Of a stretch of DNA of 64,000 nt, positions 1-10,819 are shown one piece after another. The position numbers were made by a program, and so were the translations under genes. The notes under the pieces were generated by a model. It was not told the origin of the DNA, searched no databases, and saw nothing but the letters and a program-made list of their open reading frames with translations. Origin of the DNA: a virus; the IMG/VR virus record IMGVR_UViG_3300048029_000266, positions 3,432 through 67,431 of that record; one strand, written 5' to 3'. Within the stretch, counting starts at the first letter, position 1, and each line of letters opens with the position of its first letter.

Positions 1-3000
1 TCATTTGCTACGTTGATTAACTTTTTTATAGACATTGACTCTAAATTTTTCATATTAGACTCAAGCTTTTCAACGTTAGACAAAGAGTTTAAATATCTTT
101 GATACCTATCCTCAAAGTATTGTTTTGTTTTTGCGTCTGATTTATTTACTGCGTCAGAACTATAACCTAAAAATGTAACATATTCATTAAATGTTAAAGT
201 TTTAGTTAGCTCTTGTAAATGATCTTGATAAAACTCTCTTTTATTTAGTTTTAAAGACGCTGTGTTTGTTGGCTCAAAAGATTGTTGTCCTTTCAACTTT
301 TTCTTTTCAGCGACAGTAGTCTGCATTTTTTCTTCATCTTGCTTAAAAAGCTGTGGATGAGCTAACATAAGTTCGTTAGCCTTATCAGCAACAGCAGGAT
401 CTTCTATTGATATATTGTTGTTTATTTCTTTTTGCAATAAATCATCTAATAAATCAAATTTATTTTTAATATAATTTTTTTCAAATAAAGGTGTAAGTGA
501 TTTACCTTTAAATCCTAAACCATTTTTTAAATAATCATACTGTAATAAAGCATCTTTAATTTCTGTAGGCAATAAAGTAAAGTCATTGCGTAAAGCCTGT
601 ATTGTTTCTTCTACAGAAAATTTATTTATTTGATTAGGATTTATTTGAATATTGTTTTCAAAGTAAGGACTACCTTCTATATTGCTAAACAATAGGCTCT
701 TTTTAACAAAGTTTTCTCCAGGCTGTTTGCTATAATCTTCTAATATTTTATATACCTCTGCTACAGTTCTATTATTATAATTAACAGTAGGTATAGCTTC
801 TGCTACTTTAATTAGATAATAATCTTGCATAAGTCTTCTATGCTCATATCTACTAAAGTCTAATTTTATTTTTCTTGTATCTTCTATATACTCAATTACT
901 TGTCTAGCTTCTGGCGTATACATAAACGATGTAGATTTCTGTCTATCTACTTGTTTTTGTAATAAATCTATAGAGTGCTTTACAAGAGGATCTGATCTAA
1001 AATTACCTAATGTGTTAGGATTTATAAAACTACCTTTTTGTTGCTCGTTAATTATATTAATTAATCTTTGAGCATCATGGCCGTGCTGTGGTATCGCTTT
1101 GTGTACAGATAAAGCTTTACCGATACTAAATATTTCATCAGTAAGCTTTTCTGTCTTGTATAACAAATCAAATAACGCAAGCTCACTTTGTTTGTTTTTG
1201 CCTTTTAGTTTTTCTATATTTAAGGTTATATCTCCTGATTTAGCAAAAGACTTAACTATGTTTGTTGCTTCTTTTTTACCAACACCTTTATAGTATTCTT
1301 TATATGCATTAACTACCGCTTGGTTGCTTATGCTTGTAGTCATAATAGACTGATCTCCTCTGTGCTTATCATACAACTTTACAATTGGATGATTCATTAT
1401 AATAGAAATATCTGACAAACTAATACCTAGCCTAGATAGTAATGTAAATTGATTTACTGTGTTTGGTGTAAGCCCTAGCTTATTAGCGTATTGATATTTA
1501 GCATTATCTAAAACAATATTAAGTAACTGCGCTACAGAAAAAGCAAAACCTTCAGGCTTATCTTCGTTATAGATGTCAACTAATGAAGAAACCTCATCAT
1601 ATCCTTTTATATTAATTCCAAATGTAAATCCTACCTTATGACCAGCCATTACATTTAATACTCTTTGCAATGAAGCTATAGTACCAATCATGTTTTGTGC
1701 AGGAACATTATCATTAAAATATTGAGCATCACCTGTTGGCAATAGTTGATTATCCATAACAAGTTTTTTGTTATAGAATGATTCTACTTTATTTATAGCT
1801 TCTTCAGCTATATCCTTAATGTCTATAGGTGTTGTTATTTCTTTATACCTACGACTATCTATTTCAATATCTCCAAGTAACTTTAAATTTAAATCTAATA
1901 ATTCATTAGCAGAAACTTGATAATCTTTCAATAAGTTTGTTTGCACTCTAGCTTCTGTTCCTAGTGGTGATATTTTTGTGCTGCCAGGCACATTGCCTAC
2001 ATGCGAATAATTTAAATATATAGCGTCACCATCTAAATCTGAACCCATAACATTAGATACTTTAGATGGTATTGCTATTGTACTTCTAGCTCCATCAATA
2101 CCTTCTGCTGCAAAACCTTTAACAACAAAAACAACAGACGACTGTTTACCGTGTGCAGGTATACGTGTTCCTAAAACTAAATCTCCAATCTTTACACCAT
2201 CTTTTTTAGCAGATGCTGGTATCATAGCTTCTGATACAACATAATCTTTACCCTGCTCTATTAAAGAATTTAAAGCAGACTTATAAGAATCGCCATCTAC
2301 CTTGTCTACTAAGTCTGATACTTTTATATATGATTGTAAGTTTCTACCTATTGGCGATGTTTGATAAGCTATAGTTCCTCCAAACATTGCTTTAGTTCCA
2401 AATTTAACTAATCTTGAAGCAGCTAATTGCTGTATCATATTATGCAACTGTGGATGTAATCCAGGTGCATACTGAGCCAATGAGGTATTAAGATTTCCAA
2501 AAAACTCTTCACCTATAAGTTTAGTTAAAAACTCTATATCTTTTTTTCTTTCTTCAGCTGTTGATTGATTTGAATAAATTACACCTTTGCCTTTAGAATC
2601 TTCAAACCCTACCATTGCTTTAGCTGCAAGCTCATGCATTCTATTTACCATGTCTTGCTCACCTTCTTCTAGGTTAGTATGATGATGTCCAAATAATTGT
2701 GAAGGCATATGAAAAGAATGTCTTTCCTTATCTAACTCTAATTGTAGTCCAAATCCTTCACCGCTTAATCCTTTCCAACTATCAAATAAACTAACTTCGG
2801 CTTCTCCTGAACTGTTATAAATTTCATCTTGTTTAGATACTACTTCTTCAACACTAAGTTGATCTAAATTATACATATAGTTTTCTCCAGGAGCATAAAC
2901 CTTTAAAGCTGATTTAAAAGTAGCTATTGGTGTAAAGTCATGTAGTTTTCCAGTTACTTCAGGGCCAGCAATAAGCTTTTGTTTTCCAATAGCTTCTTTT

Positions 3001-6000
3001 CTAGCTCTAAGAATGTCTGCTATCTTTTTTATTTCAGGACTAGACTTTTCCATTTCTGGTGTTATTTCGTCTATCTTAAATTTAGCAAACGTTCTTCTAC
3101 CAAATACCTTTTTATTTGGATTGCTTGTCTCAACATAATCATACACATGTTTAAATTGATTACCAACATTGCGCATAGATCCAAACTTCTTTCTAATTAT
3201 ATCGCCATCACCAGGCAACACATAAGCTTGTGCGTCTGTTCCAATAAAACCATCGTGATCAACTATATCTTCAAAAGCAACAAACTCTATAGGAGTGTTT
3301 CTGTCGTGCGGTGTGTGTCTTTTAATTGCACCATCTGCACGTTTTATATAATCTATTTCATTTTTGTGTTCATTGTGATTACCTATAAACATTTGTTGCG
3401 CCATGTATTTGTTTATAGAATAATTTAATATATAGTTTTTTAAATCTATATCTTTTAGTTTCTTGCCTTTCTCGCCTATTAAATCATTTAATTTAATTTG
3501 CTTAGAATCTTTAATTACTTCTGACTTAAACTTTTTAGAATATTGATTAAGTCCAGATAAAGCAAAACCATCTTTTGTTTTAATTATTTTAAATGGATTT
3601 ACTCTTGTACCATCAGCATATTTTGCCTCATTATACCCTCCATTATACGCCATTTCTAACAGCTCTTGTCTTTGTTCTGCTGTTTGAGCTACAGGCGTTT
3701 TAATGTAATATCTTCTTTTAGCTGCACCAAATACAGCAATAGCTTGATCATAATAAGCTAGCTCACCTCTTTTATATCTAGATACTGAATACAAAAATTC
3801 ATTAAAGTCTGTTAACATAAGCTCTAAGCTATCCATCTTAACATACTTTCTATTTCTTCTTGTGTCTTGCTGTGATGCTTGTGGTGTAGAAAACACACCA
3901 GACAACATGCTAATATTATGCTCTTTACCAGTACCATCTCCTAACATAGCAGCATATATATTAGTAAAACCTTTTTCATTAAAAAATCCTAGGTCTTCCA
4001 TAAGCTGATAGTATGCATTAATATCTTTTTCTGATAAATCTGCATAATTCTCATTTTTGTTATGTATAGAATTTTCTTTGTTTATTGTTAAGGTTGGATT
4101 CAAAGATACATCATTAACTTGTGTTATATAATTTTTAGCTCTTGACTGTACAATTAAATCAGCTAACAAATTATCAAAACCATTAGATATTTGTAAATAG
4201 TATCTGCCTTTATATTGTTTTACAAAATCTTCTCTATTGTTTTGTATTAACTGAGATATAGAGACATATCTTTTGTTTTTATAGTTATATACGTTACCTG
4301 TTTCAGACAGCTTTCTTTTATCTACAAACTGCCAATAAGATGAGTCTCCATATATAATAGATAATGTTTCTATAATATTTTCATTGTTACGTATATTGTC
4401 TATTAAAGACTTTAATTGCTCATTTGTAGTGCCTTTTCTTTTAAACCATCTTTCATTAGCTTCTCTTGTCATAGAGCTTTGCCATCTGGCCTCATCTGTG
4501 CTTAGTGAAACTCCAGGCACCCAGGTAGTAACGCCATTGTCTCCTCTCATAAAACCAACTTCTTTCATGGTTTCTATTTTTTTGTTAGCAAAGTCTATAG
4601 ACATCTCTAACAAAAGAGCATCAACTAAAGATTCTTTTTTTAGTTTATTATTTAAAAACTTAACAAATCTAACGACAGAAGGATTTTCGCTTTCAGTTAC
4701 ATTTGTAACGAAGGTAAAAGTATTGCCTTTTTTTGTTTTTTGTCCCAACGAGTGTAACTCTGATAATAGATCTTTTACATTTACAGGGTTTTTGTCGTTC
4801 TTTTTACTTTCTTCAAAAGAGTAAGCCTGTATTAGTTTTGATGTTGTTTCTCCAAACAACGTTTCTTCTTGATCGTAGATATTACCTTTGTCGTTTTCTT
4901 CAGCTACCTGCTCAGCTTCCCTATTAAAACTAAACTCTAAAGAGTCGTCAGATCTTTCTCCTTGATTAAGTCTCTTATCTACAGACTTTATTAAATCATC
5001 AACTATCTTTTGATACTCTTTGAAAGTAACTCTTTCTACCTGTGATCTAATCTTTCTCAGTAAAGTATCGTGCTCCATAGATGTTACTTCAAATGGAGGT
5101 GTTTGTTTTTGCGTATTATATGTTTTGTAATTTTGTTTATATATTTCTTGAGCAATTGACTGTACGGCTTCTTCACCTTTTTTACCTTTAGATAAAACTT
5201 GTTGTTGTATAATATTAAACAAACCCTTTGTAGATATTACGTCAAACTTAGCTTGCTTTAGCATAGCTTTTTTGCTATAGGAGTTTTGCTTAAATTGATT
5301 TTCTACATTTAAAGTATTAAAATTGTTTTGAATGTACGTCATCATTTGATCGTAATCCATTAGCCTTGTTTCAGGTATAACCTGCTCTACAGCAGATTTT
5401 GCTTCTTCACGGCTAGCTAGTCCAGCAACTCTTTTATATAGCCTTTTAAGTATACTTTCGTATTTCTGTGCGTCTGTTTTATTTTCAATAACATTTGTTA
5501 TTCCACCTTTTCTATTAAAGTCTTCATTAGAATATGCAAACGCCTCTTCAAGCAAACCAAACTGTGATTCATCATTCAATCTTTTTATAACACCTTCAGA
5601 AGAAAGTTGTGTAAACAAAGACTGTACAGCATTTTTATATTGCAATGTATTACCAGCTTCAGCTGCATTTACAATAGAGTCTAATAAAGAAGATAGAGGT
5701 GAGTCTACATCATTTCTTCTGTTTTCTAAAAAGTCAGAAAGTATATCTCCACCTGTTACAAAACTTTTACCCATTTTATATCTTGTCAATAATGGATAAT
5801 TATATTGTATGTTATCAATTAACTTAACTAAATTACCATTGGGTGTAAGTATTCTTCTTTTTATTAGTAATGTATTTAATCTTTTTTGTAAAGACGTTCC
5901 AGCTATAGACTGATAGTATGGGTGTGATAGCTCGTGTATTAAATCTGTTTGCATAGCAGATCTTGGATTTACCAATATAGTACTACTAAAAAACACAGCG

Positions 6001-8855
6001 GCAGCTGGTGCTCCAAACCCTTCTATAAGCTGTCTATTAGCAAATTCTATTCTTGTTCCTGGAAACTTTTCTTCTAGTGCAGCTCGGAGATAACCTCTTA
6101 TTAATGATCCTTTTTCATCAACCCTAGTAATATATTTTTGTACAGGTTTTCTTGCATCAGAATCTTTTCTGTTAGCAAACCTTTTTACATATTTATTAAT
6201 AAAATCAGTATACTTTTTTGGAGTGTCGGTGTCAGAGGTTTCTTTAGGCTTTACTTTGTCTGATTCTTGCTTTGCTGTTTTTTTACTTTTTTTTTTAGGT
6301 TTTTCTACAACCTCAGCCTCTTGAACCTCTTCTGTTGTTGCGGTTTGCGCATCTACTTTACGAGCTGTTTCAATATCTTCTTCAGATACTTTTTGTCTTC
6401 TAGCTTCTACTTTTTCTGTAAGCTCATCAACCTTTTTAGTTAATGAGTTGGCTATATCCACAAATTTTTCTGTTATTGTACCATTAAGTTTACCTTCTAC
6501 AAACTCAGTAATCTTATCCAAAACTTCACCGCTTGCTCCTTTAAGATCTGTTTTTTTAATCTTGTTAACTATCTCTTTTGCTTTTTTCTTAATCTGCTCT
6601 TTAGTCAAATTTCTGTTGCCCAATTCTTCTTTAGCAGCATTTATCTCTCTTTCTAAAGCTTGAGATGTTTTTGGGGCGTTTTGTGATAGATATTTTTTTA
6701 CATAATTTTTGCCTTGTGTAAATTGATCTTGTAAAAAGTTTTTAAGATTTAATGCTCCTTCAGATGTTACAATATCTTTTGCAGTCTGTTTAAAACCTTT
6801 TTCTTTAACAGTTTCTACAGCTTTGGTTACCCCTTCTTTAACAGCAGCAGCACCTTCTTTAACAGCTGTTGCAGCTCTAGATATTAATCCAGGCTTTTCT
6901 AATTCAGCTTTTACTCCTTCAGATGTAAACTCACTAAACTGATCTGGAGTTAATCCTTTAGATGATCTTTTAACTCTTGTCTTATCTTTTGTAAGTTTAC
7001 CCAACCTGACTGTAGCCAAGTTTTCAATAAGTTCTTCTTGTTGTTGAATTTCTTCGTTATATATTTGAACTTCATTATCAAAATTATTATTAATTTCTTC
7101 CTGGGCTTGTTTAAGCTTTACAGGATCTTTTATATTTTCACTAGCTAAATCTAGCTCTTGTTGTCTCTGCTCATTAGATCTTTCTATTGCAGCTTTTCTT
7201 TCAGCTATTTCTACTCTAGCTAAAAATATTTGTCTTTTACCAGCTTGACTTAAAGAATTACCTTTATGTGTAGACTCATATATATCTTCATATTGCTCAA
7301 TAGCTTCTGTAATTTGCTGACCTACTTCTTCTCTCATTTGTCCTTCAGCAACCATTCTTTCGACTCTAGATTTAGCTAATTGAGCATTACCATTTTCATC
7401 AATAACAGTATATGCTATAATATCTTTACGCATAGCTTGAGCTTGTTCAAACTCATTTAAATCCATTAGATCACCAAGTCTTCTTCTTTGCTCTTGTAAT
7501 TGATAATCTCTTTCGGCAATAGCATCAACATAACCCCCTCTAGAACCCATAGCACTACCTAAAGCAAATGCACTAACTCTTGTTTGTAGCATTTCAGGAC
7601 TTTTAAAAAAGTCTGTATAAGACATGTAATCTAATCCTTTCTTTTCAGCAATAGCTCTATTTTTTATCCACTCTTGATATACCTCTTGATATTGCTCTGC
7701 CGTACCTTCAATTGCACCTGTAGCACCAGCCTGTATAAAAGGAGCTATTTTTTGTCCAAAAGGGATTGGTTTTGGTAAATTTCTAAAACCCCTAGCCAAT
7801 CTACCTAATCCTCCAAATACTAAACCAAACTGTGCTATATCTGCTAAAACCCAATTAGTATTATCTCTCCATACCTGTGATGCTGCCGCTTGTGCTTCTT
7901 GTGGAGTAAGTCCATCTGCTAATGCTTGTTGCATAGTTTCTCCTGCAACAAAAGCACCTTCAGCAAAGTTACCACCAATACCACCACCTATACTTGTTGT
8001 TACTATATCGATGCCTTTACGCATTTCCATTTTTGCAAACTCTTCACCTTTTTGCAAACCTCTTCTTTTAGCTTGTCGTTTTGTAGCTTTAGATATTACA
8101 GGTTTATATAATTTTTCACCTACACCCAAGGTTCTTGCCCCCTTGTAAACTTTATTTGAATTTAACAATAGTCTTGTTCCTCTAGCAGCTACACCAGCAG
8201 GTAAAAAGAAAGACATTGAATATGGTAATAATTTTGCTACATCTGTTGCCCAAAATCTTGGACTAGCTAATTGTCCCCAACCAACACCCTTTAATTCGTC
8301 TGCAACAAATATTTGGTTTTTATTTGATATTTCTGATCCTTTTCTTTGCAGATAGTCACCAATTGTAGTGTTTTGGTCTACATCTGGATCCCATGGAGTT
8401 ACAACAGCTTTCAAGAACTCAAATGTATCTCCAGTTCCTTTTATTAAATCCCCTGTACCTGCTTCAAGGCTTTGTTGTAACATAGAGTCAGATCCTAAAA
8501 ATCCAGAAATAGCAGATCCTATACCCATACCTACAGCTCCGCCCGCTGTGCCTCCTAATGCAGTACCTAAAACTGTACCTCCTAAAGTAGCTAAATCTTG
8601 TGGAGCTACTACAGGGCCAGCACCTGCTGTAGGGCTTACACCTACCCCTGTAGGTCTCATGCCTAATTGCTCTTGCTGTAATCTATTTGCTTCTTGTGAT
8701 TGTTGTTGTCCAGCATATAAAGATAATGCTTTATCATATTCTGTTCCCTGCTGTGATAATAATGATAAAAACGCATCAGTTTCATTTGCGCTAGTCATTC
8801 CAGACTCGTATTCATTTATGCCTTCTGAAGGTGTTTGCTCGTTTATATCTGCCAT
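1..8855 (-). CDS. Giant virion-packaged two-barrel DNA-dependent RNA polymerase polyprotein (crAss/phi14:2 gp66-like), >2950 aa, 3' end beyond the window; includes a zincin-like HExxH domain
   Basis: Absent from the ORF track, consistent with no stop inside the window. ATG at 8855 overlaps the upstream stop; the frame was spot-checked open at several points down to base 3. Hand-translated motifs: TDAQAY (~3225-3240), FKSALKV (~2900-2920), GTRIPAHGKQS (~2140-2172), catalytic GSDLDGD (DLDGD 2025-2039), VLDNAK (~1497-1514), HELSH (5922-5936) with EEAFA (~5535-5550). It follows the cargo genes as in crAss-like phages. Confidence 0.9.
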   Translation of the reverse strand, partial: MADINEQTPSEGINEYESGMTSANETDAFLSLLSQQGTEYDKALSLYAGQQQSQEANRLQQEQLGMRPTGVGVSPTAGAGPVVAPQDLATLGGTVLGTALGGTAGGAVGMGIGSAISGFLGSDSMLQQSLEAGTGDLIKGTGDTFEFLKAVVTPWDPDVDQNTTIGDYLQRKGSEISNKNQIFVADELKGVGWGQLASPRFWATDVAKLLPYSMSFFLPAGVAARGTRLLLNSNKVYKGARTLGVGEKLYKPVISKATKRQAKRRGLQKGEEFAKMEMRKGIDIVTTSIGGGIGGNFAEGAFVAGETMQQALADGLTPQEAQAAASQVWRDNTNWVLADIAQFGLVFGGLGRLARGFRNLPKPIPFGQKIAPFIQAGATGAIEGTAEQYQEVYQEWIKNRAIAEKKGLDYMSYTDFFKSPEMLQTRVSAFALGSAMGSRGGYVDAIAERDYQLQEQRRRLGDLMDLNEFEQAQAMRKDIIAYTVIDENGNAQLAKSRVERMVAEGQMREEVGQQITEAIEQYEDIYESTHKGNSLSQAGKRQIFLARVEIAERKAAIERSNEQRQQELDLASENIKDPVKLKQAQEEINNNFDNEVQIYNEEIQQQEELIENLATVRLGKLTKDKTRVKRSSKGLTPDQFSEFTSEGVKAELEKPGLISRAATAVKEGAAAVKEGVTKAVETVKEKGFKQTAKDIVTSEGALNLKNFLQDQFTQGKNYVKKYLSQNAPKTSQALEREINAAKEELGNRNLTKEQIKKKAKEIVNKIKKTDLKGASGEVLDKITEFVEGKLNGTITEKFVDIANSLTKKVDELTEKVEARRQKVSEEDIETARKVDAQTATTEEVQEAEVVEKPKKKSKKTAKQESDKVKPKETSDTDTPKKYTDFINKYVKRFANRKDSDARKPVQKYITRVDEKGSLIRGYLRAALEEKFPGTRIEFANRQLIEGFGAPAAAVFFSSTILVNPRSAMQTDLIHELSHPYYQSIAGTSLQKRLNTLLIKRRILTPNGNLVKLIDNIQYNYPLLTRYKMGKSFVTGGDILSDFLENRRNDVDSPLSSLLDSIVNAAEAGNTLQYKNAVQSLFTQLSSEGVIKRLNDESQFGLLEEAFAYSNEDFNRKGGITNVIENKTDAQKYESILKRLYKRVAGLASREEAKSAVEQVIPETRLMDYDQMMTYIQNNFNTLNVENQFKQNSYSKKAMLKQAKFDVISTKGLFNIIQQQVLSKGKKGEEAVQSIAQEIYKQNYKTYNTQKQTPPFEVTSMEHDTLLRKIRSQVERVTFKEYQKIVDDLIKSVDKRLNQGERSDDSLEFSFNREAEQVAEENDKGNIYDQEETLFGETTSKLIQAYSFEESKKNDKNPVNVKDLLSELHSLGQKTKKGNTFTFVTNVTESENPSVVRFVKFLNNKLKKESLVDALLLEMSIDFANKKIETMKEVGFMRGDNGVTTWVPGVSLSTDEARWQSSMTREANERWFKRKGTTNEQLKSLIDNIRNNENIIETLSIIYGDSSYWQFVDKRKLSETGNVYNYKNKRYVSISQLIQNNREDFVKQYKGRYYLQISNGFDNLLADLIVQSRAKNYITQVNDVSLNPTLTINKENSIHNKNENYADLSEKDINAYYQLMEDLGFFNEKGFTNIYAAMLGDGTGKEHNISMLSGVFSTPQASQQDTRRNRKYVKMDSLELMLTDFNEFLYSVSRYKRGELAYYDQAIAVFGAAKRRYYIKTPVAQTAEQRQELLEMAYNGGYNEAKYADGTRVNPFKIIKTKDGFALSGLNQYSKKFKSEVIKDSKQIKLNDLIGEKGKKLKDIDLKNYILNYSINKYMAQQMFIGNHNEHKNEIDYIKRADGAIKRHTPHDRNTPIEFVAFEDIVDHDGFIGTDAQAYVLPGDGDIIRKKFGSMRNVGNQFKHVYDYVETSNPNKKVFGRRTFAKFKIDEITPEMEKSSPEIKKIADILRARKEAIGKQKLIAGPEVTGKLHDFTPIATFKSALKVYAPGENYMYNLDQLSVEEVVSKQDEIYNSSGEAEVSLFDSWKGLSGEGFGLQLELDKERHSFHMPSQLFGHHHTNLEEGEQDMVNRMHELAAKAMVGFEDSKGKGVIYSNQSTAEERKKDIEFLTKLIGEEFFGNLNTSLAQYAPGLHPQLHNMIQQLAASRLVKFGTKAMFGGTIAYQTSPIGRNLQSYIKVSDLVDKVDGDSYKSALNSLIEQGKDYVVSEAMIPASAKKDGVKIGDLVLGTRIPAHGKQSSVVFVVKGFAAEGIDGARSTIAIPSKVSNVMGSDLDGDAIYLNYSHVGNVPGSTKISPLGTEARVQTNLLKDYQVSANELLDLNLKLLGDIEIDSRRYKEITTPIDIKDIAEEAINKVESFYNKKLVMDNQLLPTGDAQYFNDNVPAQNMIGTIASLQRVLNVMAGHKVGFTFGINIKGYDEVSSLVDIYNEDKPEGFAFSVAQLLNIVLDNAKYQYANKLGLTPNTVNQFTLLSRLGISLSDISIIMNHPIVKLYDKHRGDQSIMTTSISNQAVVNAYKEYYKGVGKKEATNIVKSFAKSGDITLNIEKLKGKNKQSELALFDLLYKTEKLTDEIFSIGKALSVHKAIPQHGHDAQRLINIINEQQKGSFINPNTLGNFRSDPLVKHSIDLLQKQVDRQKSTSFMYTPEARQVIEYIEDTRKIKLDFSRYEHRRLMQDYYLIKVAEAIPTVNYNNRTVAEVYKILEDYSKQPGENFVKKSLLFSNIEGSPYFENNIQINPNQINKFSVEETIQALRNDFTLLPTEIKDALLQYDYLKNGLGFKGKSLTPLFEKNYIKNKFDLLDDLLQKEINNNISIEDPAVADKANELMLAHPQLFKQDEEKMQTTVAEKKKLKGQQSFEPTNTASLKLNKREFYQDHLQELTKTLTFNEYVTFLGYSSDAVNKSDAKTKQYFEDRYQRYLNSLSNVEKLESNMKNLESMSIKKLINVAN

Positions 8856-10819
8856 TATTTAAAATATTTAGCCCACAATCTAAATCTAGACTTTTTTTCT
8901 TCAAACTCTTTTTTGCTTAATGTTTCTTTATAATATTCCATTAAAGCTTTAGTATTACCTGATTGATATATTCTATAAAGGTTTGGTGATGTATCGGCTA
9001 ATCTACTAAAATTATTTAAAACATTAGAAACATTACCAGAAAAATCTTGTGCGTTTTGACCTTGACCTCTACCTAATTTTTGAGACATATCAAAAATATC
9101 TGCCATAACAAATGGATTCATAGAAGAAGGTATTTTATTTGCAGCAAAAGTATAAGCTGCTGGAGCCTGATATGCATTAAATAATACTTGAACTCCTTGA
9201 TCTCCTGTAGCGTAAATATTATCTAATGTTCCAGCAACTTGTGCTTGAACTTCTGCTTTTCTTTTTCTAGTTTCAGTTTCAGCATTTATTCTTGCTCTTT
9301 CATTTTTAGCGGTAGATAAATCTTTATCAGCCTGTTCGTCTTTTAAGTTTGTTAAAACTTTATTGTCACCTAAATTTATTTCTTTATAGTAAACATCGTC
9401 AATAAATTCTTCTTCTACTAGCTGCATTATATAGGCAGGTTTGTATGTAACTGACTCTAAATCTGCTTTACCTTTTAATTGTTTGTTTATAAACTTAGCT
9501 CTATCGGTAGGATCTAAATCTTTGACTCCTTTTGTTAAAAGCATTTCCTTTACCTCTCCAGTATATAAATCCTTATAAACAGCTTTAGCTCCTAAATAAA
9601 TACCATTTATTCTCATATCATCAGCTGTACGATCTAAATATCCCCCTTCTTCAGCCATAGATTCTCCTTTATAATCAAACATTGTAGACATCATGTTTTC
9701 ATTCATTCTTAAAACATAATTTCCTTTCCTATCAATATAATAATCATCTGGTATGCCAGGAGAGCTATCATTTCTTAATGCTGCATCTATTACTCTAAAC
9801 TCCATTTCTTTGTCGTTTACAAATAATTGACCTGCAACATCTGCAACCCTACTATCTTTAGTTTCTATGTTGCTACTTTTTTCATCAATACTAAAGTTTG
9901 TTTCATAAAATGCTAATAGTCCATTGTCTGAAACATACTTTGCATACCCTCCATTTTCTATAATTTCAGCCGCTCTAAGATCTGGTATTATCTGTTCTTG
10001 ACCTTTCATTAGCTGTTGAGACAATGTTGTTTCAACATCTTTTAAACCAAACTTAATACTTCTATCAAAATCTTTTGTTTTTCCTAATTTTCTATCTACC
10101 CAACCATCAGCATTTATTATGCTAGGATTATTAATTGCATAATTATAAGCTTCGTTTTGTTTATCAGTATCATCACCAGCTACAAAATATGCCCAATCAG
10201 CCGCTAATATGTGTTTGTTATTGTAAATGTAATCATCAGTATTTATAGGTGTTTCTCTATCATACTCATCAATAAAGGTTAAATCTATTTCTCCGTCTAA
10301 TGATCCTCTCCATTCAACTTTATCAGTCACTTCTTTTTGCCAATTGTTAAAAGAGTTTCTTGTTCTTTCATTAACTAAATGACCTTTACCATCAGCATCT
10401 GCTTGTATAATAGCAGCTATTGCTATTTGGTTTTGCTTCATTTGATAAATTTTATCATTATTTAAAAGTTGATATTGATAATTTCTTAAATCTTCATCTA
10501 TACCTAATCTTTTAGCTTTTTGATAACCACCAGCCTTTCTTATTTTTTCGTTTATAGGAGTTAATAAATCACTAGACATTTCTTGTAAATCAAGCAAATC
10601 TTTTCGTCTTGTATTTTTTCCTGTAGTTAGCTCTACAGCTGTTTGATACGATAAGTCAATTAATTGTTGACTGTCTTCTTGTTCTTTTTGTTCAATTGCT
10701 TGTTGTTGTCTTTGTAAATTATATATTTTTTCTAAATACATAATTTCAGCATTACGCTGTGACTTCATGTTAGTTGAGCCAAAAAAACCACTTAATGCAT
10801 TATATCCGTATGCGTCCAT
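8855..10819 (-). CDS. Putative virion cargo/ejection protein (654 aa)
   Basis: Long ORF with N-terminal Gln-rich coiled coil, located between the lysozyme-cargo gene and RNAP; function inferred from synteny only. Confidence 0.55.
   Translation of the reverse strand: MDAYGYNALSGFFGSTNMKSQRNAEIMYLEKIYNLQRQQQAIEQKEQEDSQQLIDLSYQTAVELTTGKNTRRKDLLDLQEMSSDLLTPINEKIRKAGGYQKAKRLGIDEDLRNYQYQLLNNDKIYQMKQNQIAIAAIIQADADGKGHLVNERTRNSFNNWQKEVTDKVEWRGSLDGEIDLTFIDEYDRETPINTDDYIYNNKHILAADWAYFVAGDDTDKQNEAYNYAINNPSIINADGWVDRKLGKTKDFDRSIKFGLKDVETTLSQQLMKGQEQIIPDLRAAEIIENGGYAKYVSDNGLLAFYETNFSIDEKSSNIETKDSRVADVAGQLFVNDKEMEFRVIDAALRNDSSPGIPDDYYIDRKGNYVLRMNENMMSTMFDYKGESMAEEGGYLDRTADDMRINGIYLGAKAVYKDLYTGEVKEMLLTKGVKDLDPTDRAKFINKQLKGKADLESVTYKPAYIMQLVEEEFIDDVYYKEINLGDNKVLTNLKDEQADKDLSTAKNERARINAETETRKRKAEVQAQVAGTLDNIYATGDQGVQVLFNAYQAPAAYTFAANKIPSSMNPFVMADIFDMSQKLGRGQGQNAQDFSGNVSNVLNNFSRLADTSPNLYRIYQSGNTKALMEYYKETLSKKEFEEKKSRFRLWAKYFK

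Noticed and set aside
6277-6305. Long T run (A run on the coding strand) in the RNAP gene as a slippage site
   Set aside because: Explained by a Lys-rich linker (EKPKKKSKK); the frame is the same on both sides
1099-8862. Plus-strand ORFs in the track (1099, 2979, 4384, 4733, 6448, 7926, 8368)
   Set aside because: Antisense shadows of the giant minus-strand RNAP gene; Ser/Phe/Leu-rich with no motifs
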